Assembly (NCBI GenBank): GCA_048884785.1 | Contig: JBHLQM010000001.1 | Location: 18,476 to 82,475 of the forward strand | Reading direction: 5' to 3' | DNA length: 64,000 nucleotides | DNA from: Candidatus Thorarchaeota archaeon | GTDB taxonomy: Archaea > Asgardarchaeota > Thorarchaeia > Thorarchaeales > Thorarchaeaceae | Shown here: in pieces, positions 39,887 to 49,675 of the stretch | How positions within the stretch are numbered: the stretch's first letter is position 1 | Layout: each line of letters opens with the position of its first letter | The notes under the pieces: generated by a model | The model's database searches: none | What the model was told of the DNA's origin: nothing | What the model saw: the letters and a program-made list of their open reading frames with translations, nothing else | Translations under genes and position numbers: made by a program

Positions 39887-41125
39887 TCACTCTCTTAGGT
39901 AGACATATGAGAAGAAGTCCTCGATGATCTCGGCATGGTCTCCGGGTATAATCACGTGATGATTAGCCAATGATTCATCCAAGAAATACGACACATCTTC
40001 ATCAAGATTTACACGAATCTGAGTTCTACAGCACTCTTCCTCCCTCAGATTCTCTTCAATGGTGCCACCTGAAACCCAATAATCGAGTAGCTCATCACCA
40101 AATACCTTGAATACAGTGACTCGCTCTTTTTCAAAGCTACCTCTGATGCCAACACTCTTTCCTGTTTCAAAATGCGTTGTTATCTCATAATTCTTGACCA
40201 GAGATGTAGCCACAGTACAATGGGCAAAGACAGCCGCATTATTCTCCAAATCCACATCAATCACATTGGCCATGAAGCTTGGACTTCCGGTCAGAATTCT
40301 CGCAAGAAGCATAGTGAAAGTCGTGGGAATATCTCCTTCGCAACCTGCAGTCTGTCCTGGTTGATTATTCACATGAGAGAGCGCAAGACATCCACTTACT
40401 TCTGTTTCAACCAGATAATCAAAGCATTGCAGAGTAACGGCTCGTAGATGATGTTCTTGAATAAAATCATTGAGAACTGCCGCAACTCTTGATGCCTTCT
40501 CGATTTCTGTTGCAGGAATCTCTATTTTGGAGGACCCTGCTTTGAACTCACTTTCTATAGAATTTGCAGTGGTTATTGTTGCTTCAGTTTTAAGGACAGA
40601 AAGGTCGAATTTCTCAAATGCTACGCCCCATCGATTGGTTGCCTTTTCAAAATCAATATCTGAAGCAATCAACCAGAAGGAGGGTTTCCCAATGAGGCCT
40701 ATTCTGCTCTTTCTTAGCATTTCTAGATGCTCAGAGAATTCAACCCACCGTCTGAGCTTCATCACTAGCCCGTCTAAAGGAAGATGAATCAACGCCGCTG
40801 GAAATCCATTTTTATCCAAGTAGGCTCTGATTTCCATCGATGCAGGGAGAGAGTTATTGGATGGGTGACTCATGATTATAATGGGAGACCTTAGGTCATT
40901 CTCTCGGATGAAATCTGCAACTTTATTCTCGGTACCACCAGTTCCTACAAAGATGATATTTTGTTGTGTAAGAAGATCAGCTTCTCGTTTTTTCGTCCCC
41001 ATGAAATCATCTGGTTTAATTACTCTAGCTCCTGATTCGAGCAAATATCGTGAATGAGTATCTATGAGGCAGGGGCTGGCAATACTGGAGAAGAATGGAA
41101 TAATATTGATGGGCATAATTTTCAA
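39887..41125 (-). CDS. L-fucose/L-arabinose isomerase-like protein
   Basis: GTGGTE, GCLALS, GCEGDIP, FAHCT, THFET, CRTQI, LANHH motifs. Confidence 0.82.
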   Translation of the reverse strand: MKIMPINIIPFFSSIASPCLIDTHSRYLLESGARVIKPDDFMGTKKREADLLTQQNIIFVGTGGTENKVADFIRENDLRSPIIIMSHPSNNSLPASMEIRAYLDKNGFPAALIHLPLDGLVMKLRRWVEFSEHLEMLRKSRIGLIGKPSFWLIASDIDFEKATNRWGVAFEKFDLSVLKTEATITTANSIESEFKAGSSKIEIPATEIEKASRVAAVLNDFIQEHHLRAVTLQCFDYLVETEVSGCLALSHVNNQPGQTAGCEGDIPTTFTMLLARILTGSPSFMANVIDVDLENNAAVFAHCTVATSLVKNYEITTHFETGKSVGIRGSFEKERVTVFKVFGDELLDYWVSGGTIEENLREEECCRTQIRVNLDEDVSYFLDESLANHHVIIPGDHAEIIEDFFSYVYLRE

Positions 41126-41213
41126 GATTTACACTAACGGCTATATCAGTTTGTATAGATGAAGTAAGAGAAGATATAACGCGGAATGCAAATACTATGC
41201 TCTGGGTGTTCTA

Positions 41214-41546
41214 ATGGCTAAGGAACAGATTCTAGCAGAGCTTCGAAAGCTGGCGGAAAAGTTTGAAGACGAAAAAATAAAGCGTCGTTTCAAGGATTAC
41301 AACAAGACACTCCAATTTGCATTTCCAGACATTGATGCACATATGTTTATGAAAATCGGAGATTCCGAGCTGCTTGAGATTGGTGAAGGGAAAGTGGATG
41401 CTGAATTGAGTGTCACGATGGATTCCACTGTATTTCTGGGGATTATTAGCAAGACTGAGAGTCCTATGGCGGCCTACTCTAGTGGAAGACTGAAGACAAA
41501 GGGAGAAGTTCCAGATTTGCTGAAACTGCAGAAGCTAATGCTCTAG
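41214..41546 (+). CDS. SCP2 sterol/lipid-binding domain protein
   Basis: AELSVTMDSTVFLGIISKTESPMAAYSSGRLKTKGEVPDLLKL. Confidence 0.85.
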   Translation: MAKEQILAELRKLAEKFEDEKIKRRFKDYNKTLQFAFPDIDAHMFMKIGDSELLEIGEGKVDAELSVTMDSTVFLGIISKTESPMAAYSSGRLKTKGEVPDLLKLQKLML

Positions 41547-42571
41547 TGCCTTCTACGCGAGAGGTAATCACATTGAAAGCCCTCATCACTGCTCCTCTAA
41601 CTAATGGGGCAATAACTGAACTTGAAGCGTTGGGACTTGACGTAGATTATCGAAGTTGGCTAGAAACAGGCAAGCTGTATCTTGGTGATTCACTTCTCCC
41701 CTTAATTAAGGAGAGTGGAGCCGAGATTGTTCTTGTTGAAGGTGATGAGGTCAAAGAAGAGGTCATTGAAAACTCGAATCTAAAATTCATTGGATGTGTC
41801 AGAGGCGGACCCAATAACGTTTCAATTCCCTCAGCTACAAAAAGGAGGATCCCGGTGGTTTCAGTGCCCGGAAGAAATACGCTCGCAGTTGCTGAGTTGA
41901 CCATTGGATTGATACTTAGTCAAGCTAGAAGACTTGGAGCGGCAGAACGATTCATCTCTAATGATTTCTTTGTGGATGATTTCAGTGATTTTGCTAGGAT
42001 GTACAAACACACAATGGGTTTTGAACTCCACGATAAGATAGCTGGAATAATAGGACTGGGTGCAATAGGGTATGAAGTAGCAAAGAGACTCAAAGCTTTT
42101 GGGATGGAGATTCTTGCACATGATCCTTATGCAGACAATGAGAAAGCAGAGAGCCTGAAAGCTAAGCTCGTGAATCTCGATACCTTGCTTTCGGAATCAG
42201 ATGTAGTTACGGTGCATTGTCCTGCCAATGATGAAACACGTGGAATGATAGGAAAACAACAATTCAGCAAGATGAAGAAAACAGCGATATTCATCAATAC
42301 CGCGCGAGCTTCAATAACCGATGAATACGCTCTATTAGATGCCCTTAAGGAAGGAAGAATTGCAGGTGCGGGGATTGACGTCTTTTCCATGGAACCGGTT
42401 GACTGTGATAACATCTTTTTGGGTCAGGAAAATGTAACAGTGACTCCCCATATTGGCGGAAATACCAAACAGACAATCGAGCGGCAATCACAATCTTTAG
42501 TGAATTCAGTTCGGATGTTCCTTAGAGGACAAGTACCGGAAAATATACTGAACCCAGAGGTTTTCGAATGA
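41546..42571 (+). CDS. D-isomer-specific 2-hydroxyacid dehydrogenase (SerA-like)
   Basis: GLGAIG NAD motif, INTARA, DVFSMEP, TPHIGG. Alternative TTG start at 41573 after GAGGT. Confidence 0.9.
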   Translation: MPSTREVITLKALITAPLTNGAITELEALGLDVDYRSWLETGKLYLGDSLLPLIKESGAEIVLVEGDEVKEEVIENSNLKFIGCVRGGPNNVSIPSATKRRIPVVSVPGRNTLAVAELTIGLILSQARRLGAAERFISNDFFVDDFSDFARMYKHTMGFELHDKIAGIIGLGAIGYEVAKRLKAFGMEILAHDPYADNEKAESLKAKLVNLDTLLSESDVVTVHCPANDETRGMIGKQQFSKMKKTAIFINTARASITDEYALLDALKEGRIAGAGIDVFSMEPVDCDNIFLGQENVTVTPHIGGNTKQTIERQSQSLVNSVRMFLRGQVPENILNPEVFE

Positions 42572-42574
42572 GAG

Positions 42575-44083
42575 GTGATATTGATGGTTGTGGCAGCAAT
42601 AGACGCAGGAACAACTGGAGTACGATGTATGATTGTTGATAAAGCTGGCAAAACTATCGCCCTAAGTCGTCGATCATGGACCTATTCAACTCCTGAGTAT
42701 TTCGAGGTAGCAAAGGAATTTGACCCAAAACACTTCTGGGACTTGGCTTGCACTGTTGTACGCGAGGCAATAGACATAGCTTCACACAAAGGTTCTATGG
42801 TGGAGGGAATCGCAACAACAAGTCAAAGACATGGTATGGTATTGCTGGATGAGTCTGGTATAGAACTTCATGGCGGGCCAAATATTGATGCAAGAGGATC
42901 TATGACACAATATGTCATTGAGGATGAGATCGGAGAGGATTATCATGCGATTACTGGATGCTGGCCGCCAATGATGTTTGCTCCGACTAGAATCGCGTGG
43001 TTTGAAGAAGAAGAGCCTGAGATTTTTGAGAGCATAGCCCATGTCCTTCCGATCAGTGATTGGCTTACTTTTAGGCTCTCTGGTGAATATGTTACGGAGC
43101 CGGCATCTGCAAGCGCGACTGGATTTTATGACATCAAAAGAGATGAATGGAGTCAGAGAGTTCTAGATGCTCTGAATCTGGAAATGAGTATTCTCCCCAA
43201 GATATCCCAGTCCGGTCAAGTTGTTGGAGAAATCACAGAGCAGGCAAGCAAGGAATGTAATCTCCCAAAGGGAATTCCTGTTATTCAAGGAGGAACAGAC
43301 ACCCATTGCGCATTACTAGCCGCACAAGTGGAACTGAGTGAAATTGGTATTATTGCAGGAAGCACTACTCCGGTAATGCTGGTTACAGAAGATAACATAT
43401 GCGACGAGAAGATGCGTGTCTGGACAGGAAGGCATGTTATTCCGACTCAATACACAATTGAAAGCAATGCCACTCTAACTGGGGCTTACCTGGAATGGAT
43501 TGTCAATCTTCTCTGTGAAAGAGCGAAAAAGCCAGACCTTTGTAAAAAGAACACGTTTGGAAATCTTGAGAATCTGCTGAAGGATGTTCCGCCGGGCAGT
43601 GATGAAACTATGGTAGGGCTAGGACCAAACATCATGGACAGTACAAAAATCACAAACATTCCTTTAGCAAGGATGATGTTTCCACAACCTGCACTTCCCT
43701 CTGTAAAGCCTCTTAACGCAAGCACACTGATACATGCTGTCTTGGAGAATATAGCATATTCAATACGAGGGAATTGTGAGCAGCTGAATGAAATGTCAGA
43801 AGTAAAGGGAATCAAAGCCATAGGGGGAATGACACGTTCTCATGTTTGGGTGCAGATGCTTGCCAATATTCTGGGGAAGGAGATAAGGACTCCAGTGCAA
43901 TATGAGGGCAGTCTAGTGGGAGCGGCAATATGTGCATCAGTAGGCATCGGATGCTATTCTGATCTGGAAAAAGCCGGTGAATCTATGGTAAGGTGGAATG
44001 AAACATTCCTACCCGATGAACGCTCTAAAGACTACGAGTCTTATTATGCGAAATGGAAAGAAATGTGGTGCGAGGCGAGCTAA
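42575..44083 (+). CDS. FGGY-family carbohydrate kinase (xylulokinase/LsrK-like)
   Basis: AIDAGTTGVR, TSQRHG, GGTDT, GGMTRSHVWVQMLANILG. Confidence 0.9.
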   Translation: MILMVVAAIDAGTTGVRCMIVDKAGKTIALSRRSWTYSTPEYFEVAKEFDPKHFWDLACTVVREAIDIASHKGSMVEGIATTSQRHGMVLLDESGIELHGGPNIDARGSMTQYVIEDEIGEDYHAITGCWPPMMFAPTRIAWFEEEEPEIFESIAHVLPISDWLTFRLSGEYVTEPASASATGFYDIKRDEWSQRVLDALNLEMSILPKISQSGQVVGEITEQASKECNLPKGIPVIQGGTDTHCALLAAQVELSEIGIIAGSTTPVMLVTEDNICDEKMRVWTGRHVIPTQYTIESNATLTGAYLEWIVNLLCERAKKPDLCKKNTFGNLENLLKDVPPGSDETMVGLGPNIMDSTKITNIPLARMMFPQPALPSVKPLNASTLIHAVLENIAYSIRGNCEQLNEMSEVKGIKAIGGMTRSHVWVQMLANILGKEIRTPVQYEGSLVGAAICASVGIGCYSDLEKAGESMVRWNETFLPDERSKDYESYYAKWKEMWCEAS

Positions 44084-44719
44084 ATGTACGAAGAGGAGAA
44101 AACAGCTCTACTAGAAGTATGTAAAGATATGCTCAAACTTGGCATGGTTATTGGTTCCTCGGGCAATGCTAGCATTAGGGTTGATGACCACGTCGTCATC
44201 ACTCCAAGTTCTGTGAAGTATATTACAATGGAACCTGATGAGATGGTAGTCCTTAGTATGACTGGCGATACAATCGAAGGAGATAGAAATCCCAGCATTG
44301 AGAAATTCATGCATCTAGGAGTCTATAACAATAGGGAGGATGCAAAGGCTATCGTACACTCACACAGTATTTACGCTTCATCACTAGCTGTTCTGAGAAA
44401 ACCACTTCCACCGATCATTGATGAAGTGGTTCCAGCTCTTGGCGGTGAAATACGTGTAGCTGAATACGCAATGCCGGGTACTAAAGACCTAGCATCCAAT
44501 GTTGTGCAAGCCTTGGAGGAAAGAAGTGCTGTCTTGTTGGCAAATCATGGTGCTTTAAGTATTGGAAAAGACATCCATGAGGCGCTTCACAAAATGGTTC
44601 TCTTTGAAAGAAGCTGTCAAATCTTTCTCATGGCTTTGCAGGCAGGAACCCCCATTGAACTGCCAGAGGATGTTGTTGAAGATGAGATGGATATTTGGGA
44701 TATGATGAGATCCTACTGA
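44084..44719 (+). CDS. Class II aldolase (L-fuculose-1-phosphate aldolase-like)
   Basis: GNASIR, ITPS, PSIE..MH, VHSHS, LLANHG. Confidence 0.9.
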   Translation: MYEEEKTALLEVCKDMLKLGMVIGSSGNASIRVDDHVVITPSSVKYITMEPDEMVVLSMTGDTIEGDRNPSIEKFMHLGVYNNREDAKAIVHSHSIYASSLAVLRKPLPPIIDEVVPALGGEIRVAEYAMPGTKDLASNVVQALEERSAVLLANHGALSIGKDIHEALHKMVLFERSCQIFLMALQAGTPIELPEDVVEDEMDIWDMMRSY

Positions 44720-44721
44720 AT

Positions 44722-45039
44722 CTATGACTTCATTAAACTCTGGAGCTTCATCAGGTCCCTTGGAGATCCATCAGCTTTTAGCTTCCCACCCATGAAAGAC
44801 CGCACTGCAGATAGGGATCCATCGAGTATACCTAGGATTGTTTTAGAATCAGTTACAATCTTCATGTCCGCCTTTTCAGGAGCTCCCTCTCTGACAGTTG
44901 CCTTTCCGCCGCTGAATTCGATTGTCAAATCGAGGCTCAAATCCTGATATGTCATCAGCATCGTCTTTTCAAAATCCTGAAACCTCTTCTGCATCTTGGG
45001 TTCCTCAACTCTGCTGACCATACGTTGGATAGCTTGCAT
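44722..45039 (-). CDS. SCP2 sterol/lipid-binding domain protein (second paralogue)
   Basis: ADMKIVTDSKTILGILDGSLSAVRSFMGGKLKADGSPRDLMKL; may start further upstream at ATT 45060. Confidence 0.85.
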   Translation of the reverse strand: MQAIQRMVSRVEEPKMQKRFQDFEKTMLMTYQDLSLDLTIEFSGGKATVREGAPEKADMKIVTDSKTILGILDGSLSAVRSFMGGKLKADGSPRDLMKLQSLMKS

Positions 45040-45142
45040 AAGCTCCTCTTTGTCTGTAATGATATTAGCCTCCTATGGGATGTTCTATTTCATCTACATA
45101 ATGAAAAATCTGCCTAGTCAAAATGACTATGTAAGAAATCAT

Positions 45143-45175
45143 CTAAATCCTCCAAAAAATGAAAGGAGGATTTAG
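45143..45175. terminator. Perfect 11-bp inverted repeat just 3' of the 45178-45453 gene
   Basis: CTAAATCCTCC-11 nt-GGAGGATTTAG. Confidence 0.6.
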
Positions 45176-45177
45176 TT

Positions 45178-45453
45178 TTACACAACCGCTGATTCTGAAC
45201 TCTTATTCATGCTTTCTATAACTTCAAGGATTTCAGGAGATACCTTGCCTCTATAGGCCTGGAGGATGCTGTGAGGCACACCCCGTTTATTCAGCTCGCG
45301 TTCGAGCCGTTTTATGCATACTGTAACGTTTGCAAGGGCATTCTTGAGAGTCACTAGACTCACTCTGAGATCGTCATCAGAACATGTTGCCATGTTGTAA
45401 GGAACACAGCACTTGAAGGCCAATTTTCGGCCAAATTGCTCTTTCTCATTCAA
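45178..45453 (-). CDS. Hypothetical protein (91 aa)
   Basis: TTG start after GAGG; amphipathic helical segment; followed by a hairpin. Confidence 0.6.
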   Translation of the reverse strand: MNEKEQFGRKLAFKCCVPYNMATCSDDDLRVSLVTLKNALANVTVCIKRLERELNKRGVPHSILQAYRGKVSPEILEVIESMNKSSESAVV

Positions 45454-45665
45454 TCTTGATGCGCCTCTGGGTTCTTCGAGCCCGTGTATGATATCAGCAA
45501 ATTATGTAATTAGCCTATTCTTTCAAAATATAATAATTGTAACCGTTTTGGTGCCCAAAAGGATTCACTTTCCAAATTATACCGTATTTTATTTGCAATA
45601 TGAAACCAAATTTTGATAATGAGTCACAGAATGTAGATATCAATGGTTTCAAAAATGGTTTTCTT

Positions 45666-46805
45666 CTACGGTTTTTGAGCTAATGTTCTAAATAAATCAT
45701 CCAAACGTCTCAGACCTTCTTTAAGTTTGCTAACATCATAACCAAAACCGATGCGCAGATAGCTATCCATGCCAAAATGAGATCCTGGAACGACTAGGAC
45801 ATCCTTCTCGATTCTGAGTCGTTCAACCAATTCTATCGACCCAATCTCTAGGTCATATTGTGGGAAGCAAATTGCAGCTGCCTGTGGAGGTATATAGGAG
45901 ATAAAGTCTGAATGTTCATCTAGCCACTTCTGCATTACGTGCCAATTACTCCTTACTCTCTCTCTGGCTCGTTTCTCCAATCGATCTCGCATCGTCTTTT
46001 CTAAAGCAATGGTTGCAAGGAAATCGCTCAGCTTGGAGGGACAGATTGAAGTATAGTCGCTATAGGCCCAGAACTGCTCCACAATCCTTGGATCACTGGA
46101 GGCTATCCAACCGATTCTAAGTCCAGGCAATCCATATGACTTAGATAGGCTAGACGTGACAATGACCTTTTCAGACAAAGAAAAGGCTGATGGTGCCTTC
46201 GGACCATTAAGTTCGGCACCTCGATATATCTCATCAGATACTAGCCATGCCCCTGCATCATATGTGATTTCAGCAAGTGCTCTCAGATGCTCCTCAGAGA
46301 TGATTGCACCTGTGGGATTGTTTGGTGTACAAATTGCAACAGCAGCGGTCTTGGAGGAAATTATCTCTTTAAGTTGCTCAATGTCAGGAACCCATTTCCC
46401 GTTCTGCATCTTTAGATAGAACGGTATGATCTTCCCGCCTAGATTTTTCCAGACGCCATGTATTTGCATGTAGTTGGGGAGTAAAGTAATCAACTCTCCT
46501 TTCCTCCCAGTTTCAAGGTACCTGTTCCACATGGTGATAAAATTGGCCTCTGCGCCGCCGTTTGTGATGAGAATGTTCTCAGATGTTGCCATGGGATACA
46601 TTGAGGCTATTAGACCCCTCAGCTCTTCAGTTCCATTTGTCTGTGGATATCCCAGTGGCATATCAAATAAATAGGGACGCATCTTTGGATCATCAAGCAG
46701 CTCACCGAGTGTAACCGGAGATACACCACTCTCGGTGAGATTGATCTCAACCATATGTTCCCATTTTGATTGCCTACGCTCTAGCTCGAAGGTCTCCAGC
46801 TTCAA
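45666..46805 (-). CDS. PLP-dependent aminotransferase class I/II
   Basis: PNNPTG, SDEIY, SLSKSYGLPGLRIGW. Confidence 0.93.
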   Translation of the reverse strand: MKLETFELERRQSKWEHMVEINLTESGVSPVTLGELLDDPKMRPYLFDMPLGYPQTNGTEELRGLIASMYPMATSENILITNGGAEANFITMWNRYLETGRKGELITLLPNYMQIHGVWKNLGGKIIPFYLKMQNGKWVPDIEQLKEIISSKTAAVAICTPNNPTGAIISEEHLRALAEITYDAGAWLVSDEIYRGAELNGPKAPSAFSLSEKVIVTSSLSKSYGLPGLRIGWIASSDPRIVEQFWAYSDYTSICPSKLSDFLATIALEKTMRDRLEKRARERVRSNWHVMQKWLDEHSDFISYIPPQAAAICFPQYDLEIGSIELVERLRIEKDVLVVPGSHFGMDSYLRIGFGYDVSKLKEGLRRLDDLFRTLAQKP

Positions 46806-46948
46806 CTTAGTACCCCCACATGATAAGAAATGTTTTCCATTAATGATATATCTATGCAGGTCATCACACTCAGATTATGTTTCCGCTTAGGCATGACTCC
46901 TTGAGGAGGAGCTGGAATATACCAATTAATTAGAGAGGAGGACGAACA

Positions 46949-47452
46949 GTGCAGGCAAAACCATTCGAATACATTGAGAAGCAGCTTAGGAAGAAGAGCT
47001 TTGGAGTGCTGAGTGTTGTTACCAACCAAGGTAGCCCGCATTCGACCGGTGTAATCTACACTATTGCTCCGAAACCTCATCCATTCCATTTCTACATCCT
47101 AACCGGTGCAGACTACAGAAAAACAGCATACATACGGAAGAATCCCAATGTTGCCTTTCTCGTGACATTTCCCCATTATTGGCTAAGATTTGTGCCCGCC
47201 AATGTGGTTCATTTCCAAGGCACTGCAGATATTCTCCCTTTCGGTGACAGAATAGGAATGGAGTCATTTCAACAGAACAGAATAGCTCGCATGAATCTGG
47301 AAACTGATTATCCTAAAGAAGAGATGGTATTCCTGCGAATAATTCCTCCTAGAAAGCTGAATGTATATGGTCTGGGAATTCCCCTGATGCAAATGAGATC
47401 AGCTCACACTGAAGCAGGCTACAAAGTTGAAATCCCCAAGGAACTAAGGTGA
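46949..47452 (+). CDS. Pyridoxamine 5'-phosphate oxidase-like (split-barrel flavin/F420-binding) protein
   Basis: FGVLSVV..GSPH, RKTAYIRKNPNVAF, FQGTA. Confidence 0.8.
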   Translation: MQAKPFEYIEKQLRKKSFGVLSVVTNQGSPHSTGVIYTIAPKPHPFHFYILTGADYRKTAYIRKNPNVAFLVTFPHYWLRFVPANVVHFQGTADILPFGDRIGMESFQQNRIARMNLETDYPKEEMVFLRIIPPRKLNVYGLGIPLMQMRSAHTEAGYKVEIPKELR

Positions 47453-47462
47453 GTGTATCATA

Positions 47463-48041
47463 ATGGTGCCTACGGCGGAATCCATCTGGGAGAAGATATC
47501 AAGATTCAGACATTCACGATTCTATTCAGATGTTGTTGATAGAAGGTATTTAGCCAACTTGGCTGCAATTCATCTAGACAATATGTGCAAAAAAGATGAC
47601 AGAGGGTTCATCAATAATTTGGAATCATTTCTTGTCGACCAGACTGCACTTGATGTGAAAACAGTCAAACTATTTCTCACAAATAATCCTCCAAAGGAGT
47701 TGCGACTCGCCATCCAACTCTTCAAGTCTAATGAAACAATGCCTGCTGAATTCCTGCAGGCCCTTCTAAACATGAAGGACTGCGACCTTTACCTAGCAAC
47801 CCATCTACTCAGTTATGCGACCTCTGGTGAGTACATTATCTATAATGATAAGCTATACGAGGCCCTAATTCAGTTAATCCCTGAAGGGGCATCACTACTT
47901 GAAAAACCAGCCAATAATGTGAGCTACATATTGTTTCACAAGTACTGCGAAGTACTTTGCGAGTCATTTCAGCTATCTAGCATTGAGGAATTGAATCAAT
48001 TCCTGCTGCATGGTTACGCAACAAAATGGGCCTTTGAATGA
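47463..48041 (+). CDS. Hypothetical protein
   Basis: 192-aa ORF 10 nt downstream of the previous gene, with GGTGA SD. Confidence 0.7.
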   Translation: MVPTAESIWEKISRFRHSRFYSDVVDRRYLANLAAIHLDNMCKKDDRGFINNLESFLVDQTALDVKTVKLFLTNNPPKELRLAIQLFKSNETMPAEFLQALLNMKDCDLYLATHLLSYATSGEYIIYNDKLYEALIQLIPEGASLLEKPANNVSYILFHKYCEVLCESFQLSSIEELNQFLLHGYATKWAFE

Positions 48042-48069
48042 ATGGATTATCGACTTCCTCCAAATGCCG

Positions 48070-48927
48070 CTACCAACCGTAACGCGAGAATAGCATATCC
48101 AATATCACAACTTCACAATTCGCCAAATCCCGGAAGCGCTCTGCGTCGAAGCGTGACCCTTCATTATACCCCCAGTGGATCGGGATAGCATAGGTCAGGT
48201 TTCTTGATTCCTGAAGAAAATCAACAGCTTCTGCGGCCTCATCAGCTGTCATCCATGCATAGCCACTCACTGGCAACATAGCAATATCAGCGGTTATGTT
48301 TGCCATCTCAGGAATCGCATCTGTATCGCCTGCATGATAGACCCGCGTTCCATTGAAGTCTATGACGACTCCTATGTTATTTGCACTTGGAGGATGAAAT
48401 AGAACACCTTCTGAGTTATACTTGTCAATATTGTATGCTTGAACGAATTCAAAGGTAATGTCACCGTAACTTAGAAGGTCTCCTGGTACCACCACTTCAT
48501 CTTCAAAGATTCCAGGTACAAAAGATGGACCTCTTGCTGCGATTAGGGTGGTGTTGGAATCTGACACAGATCGAATGTCTATAGGTGAACAGTGGGGTAA
48601 GTGATTGTGAGTTATAATGATGAAGTCGGCATTTTCAAGAACTGATTCATTTCGGTCATGAATATCAAATGGATCAATGTAGATCACGATATTTGTGTAC
48701 TTCAGCTTCACGCCACCGACTACCAGCCAGATTATGTCTATGCCTTCATAGCTTAGTCCTGCAGGCGGCTCAAGAGGGACCGGCGGAATAACTGTGTCAT
48801 CAGATTCGTCATTTGGGGTATTTTCTCCCGGAAGGAATCCACCTGAAAATGCAAGAAAGATGCCAATAGTTATTGTTCCAATAAGGACCGAAGCAATCAG
48901 ACCCTTCGTTAACGACTTCATCCGCAA
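48070..48927 (-). CDS. Membrane-anchored MBL-fold metallo-hydrolase (UPF0173-like)
   Basis: N-terminal TM; IYIDP, THNHLPH, YHAGDTD, AIPIHWG. Confidence 0.85.
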   Translation of the reverse strand: MRMKSLTKGLIASVLIGTITIGIFLAFSGGFLPGENTPNDESDDTVIPPVPLEPPAGLSYEGIDIIWLVVGGVKLKYTNIVIYIDPFDIHDRNESVLENADFIIITHNHLPHCSPIDIRSVSDSNTTLIAARGPSFVPGIFEDEVVVPGDLLSYGDITFEFVQAYNIDKYNSEGVLFHPPSANNIGVVIDFNGTRVYHAGDTDAIPEMANITADIAMLPVSGYAWMTADEAAEAVDFLQESRNLTYAIPIHWGYNEGSRFDAERFRDLANCEVVILDMLFSRYGW

Positions 48928-49013
48928 ATCACCAATGATATAGGTAATAGACTAACCTGCCGAGTATATTATTAGGCTTCACATTGGCGCTTTGAGAGGA
49001 AGGACCCAAAAAA

Positions 49014-49040
49014 AGTTGAAGAGCCCTTTTGGGCTCAACT
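49014..49040 (-). terminator. Hairpin followed by T-tract
   Basis: On the - strand AGTTGAGCCC-AAAA-GGGCTC-TTCAACT then a run of T, directly after the 49044 stop. Confidence 0.65.
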
Positions 49041-49043
49041 GAA

Positions 49044-49562
49044 TTAAAAATCGCCCTGTTCTTTTTTGGTTGGTTTGACATCCATACAGAATGAGCTGTA
49101 TTCCGTTAACTTCCACTGGCCACTCGAATTCTGCTCGAGTTGACTTGGAACCGGCATGTCTCGACCACCGCTCTCGACGAATATCTTCAGACCTTTTCCT
49201 TGCTTTACTTCCCTAACAACTGTGAGCCTGAGCTTCGATTCATTAATCTTGTATTCATTCTCCCAGGTGCCTCCCAAAAACGAGGGTGCACTATTGGGGT
49301 TCTCAAGGAAATGATTCACGTAATATTGTGCACTTCTTCCAAGTTTCAGACCGGAAGGTGACTTGCTGTCCTTTTCACAGTGCTTGCCGGAAACAACTAA
49401 GGTCATCATAGCTTCTCCAACAGCCTGCTTTTTCTTGAGATTCAATGCAGCGATGAGATAGTACATAATTGTGTTCTCTGGAGTACCAGCATCTTTTTCC
49501 CATGCTTCTTTGAACTGCTTGAAGTCAGTAATCATAGATTTAGTTACTGTTCCCACTTGCAT
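49044..49562 (-). CDS. Conserved hypothetical protein (DUF6935-like)
   Basis: SFLGGTWENEY...VESGGRDMP...GQWKLTEYSS pattern recalled from this family; not verified by search. Confidence 0.6.
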   Translation of the reverse strand: MQVGTVTKSMITDFKQFKEAWEKDAGTPENTIMYYLIAALNLKKKQAVGEAMMTLVVSGKHCEKDSKSPSGLKLGRSAQYYVNHFLENPNSAPSFLGGTWENEYKINESKLRLTVVREVKQGKGLKIFVESGGRDMPVPSQLEQNSSGQWKLTEYSSFCMDVKPTKKEQGDF

Positions 49563-49675
49563 TCACCGAATTTTCAGTTACATATCGTAAAAAAAGGATT
49601 TGTGTAGGGCCCCCAAGGTTTTTACGTCATAAAGTTTCCAGAAACGCATCTATTTCAAGCCAAACCAACAAGAGA

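Noticed and set aside
41214-44719. Readthrough fusions SCP2-dehydrogenase or kinase-aldolase
   Set aside because: SCP2 and the dehydrogenase are in different frames. The kinase ends in TAA directly followed by the aldolase ATG, which has its own GAGG SD.
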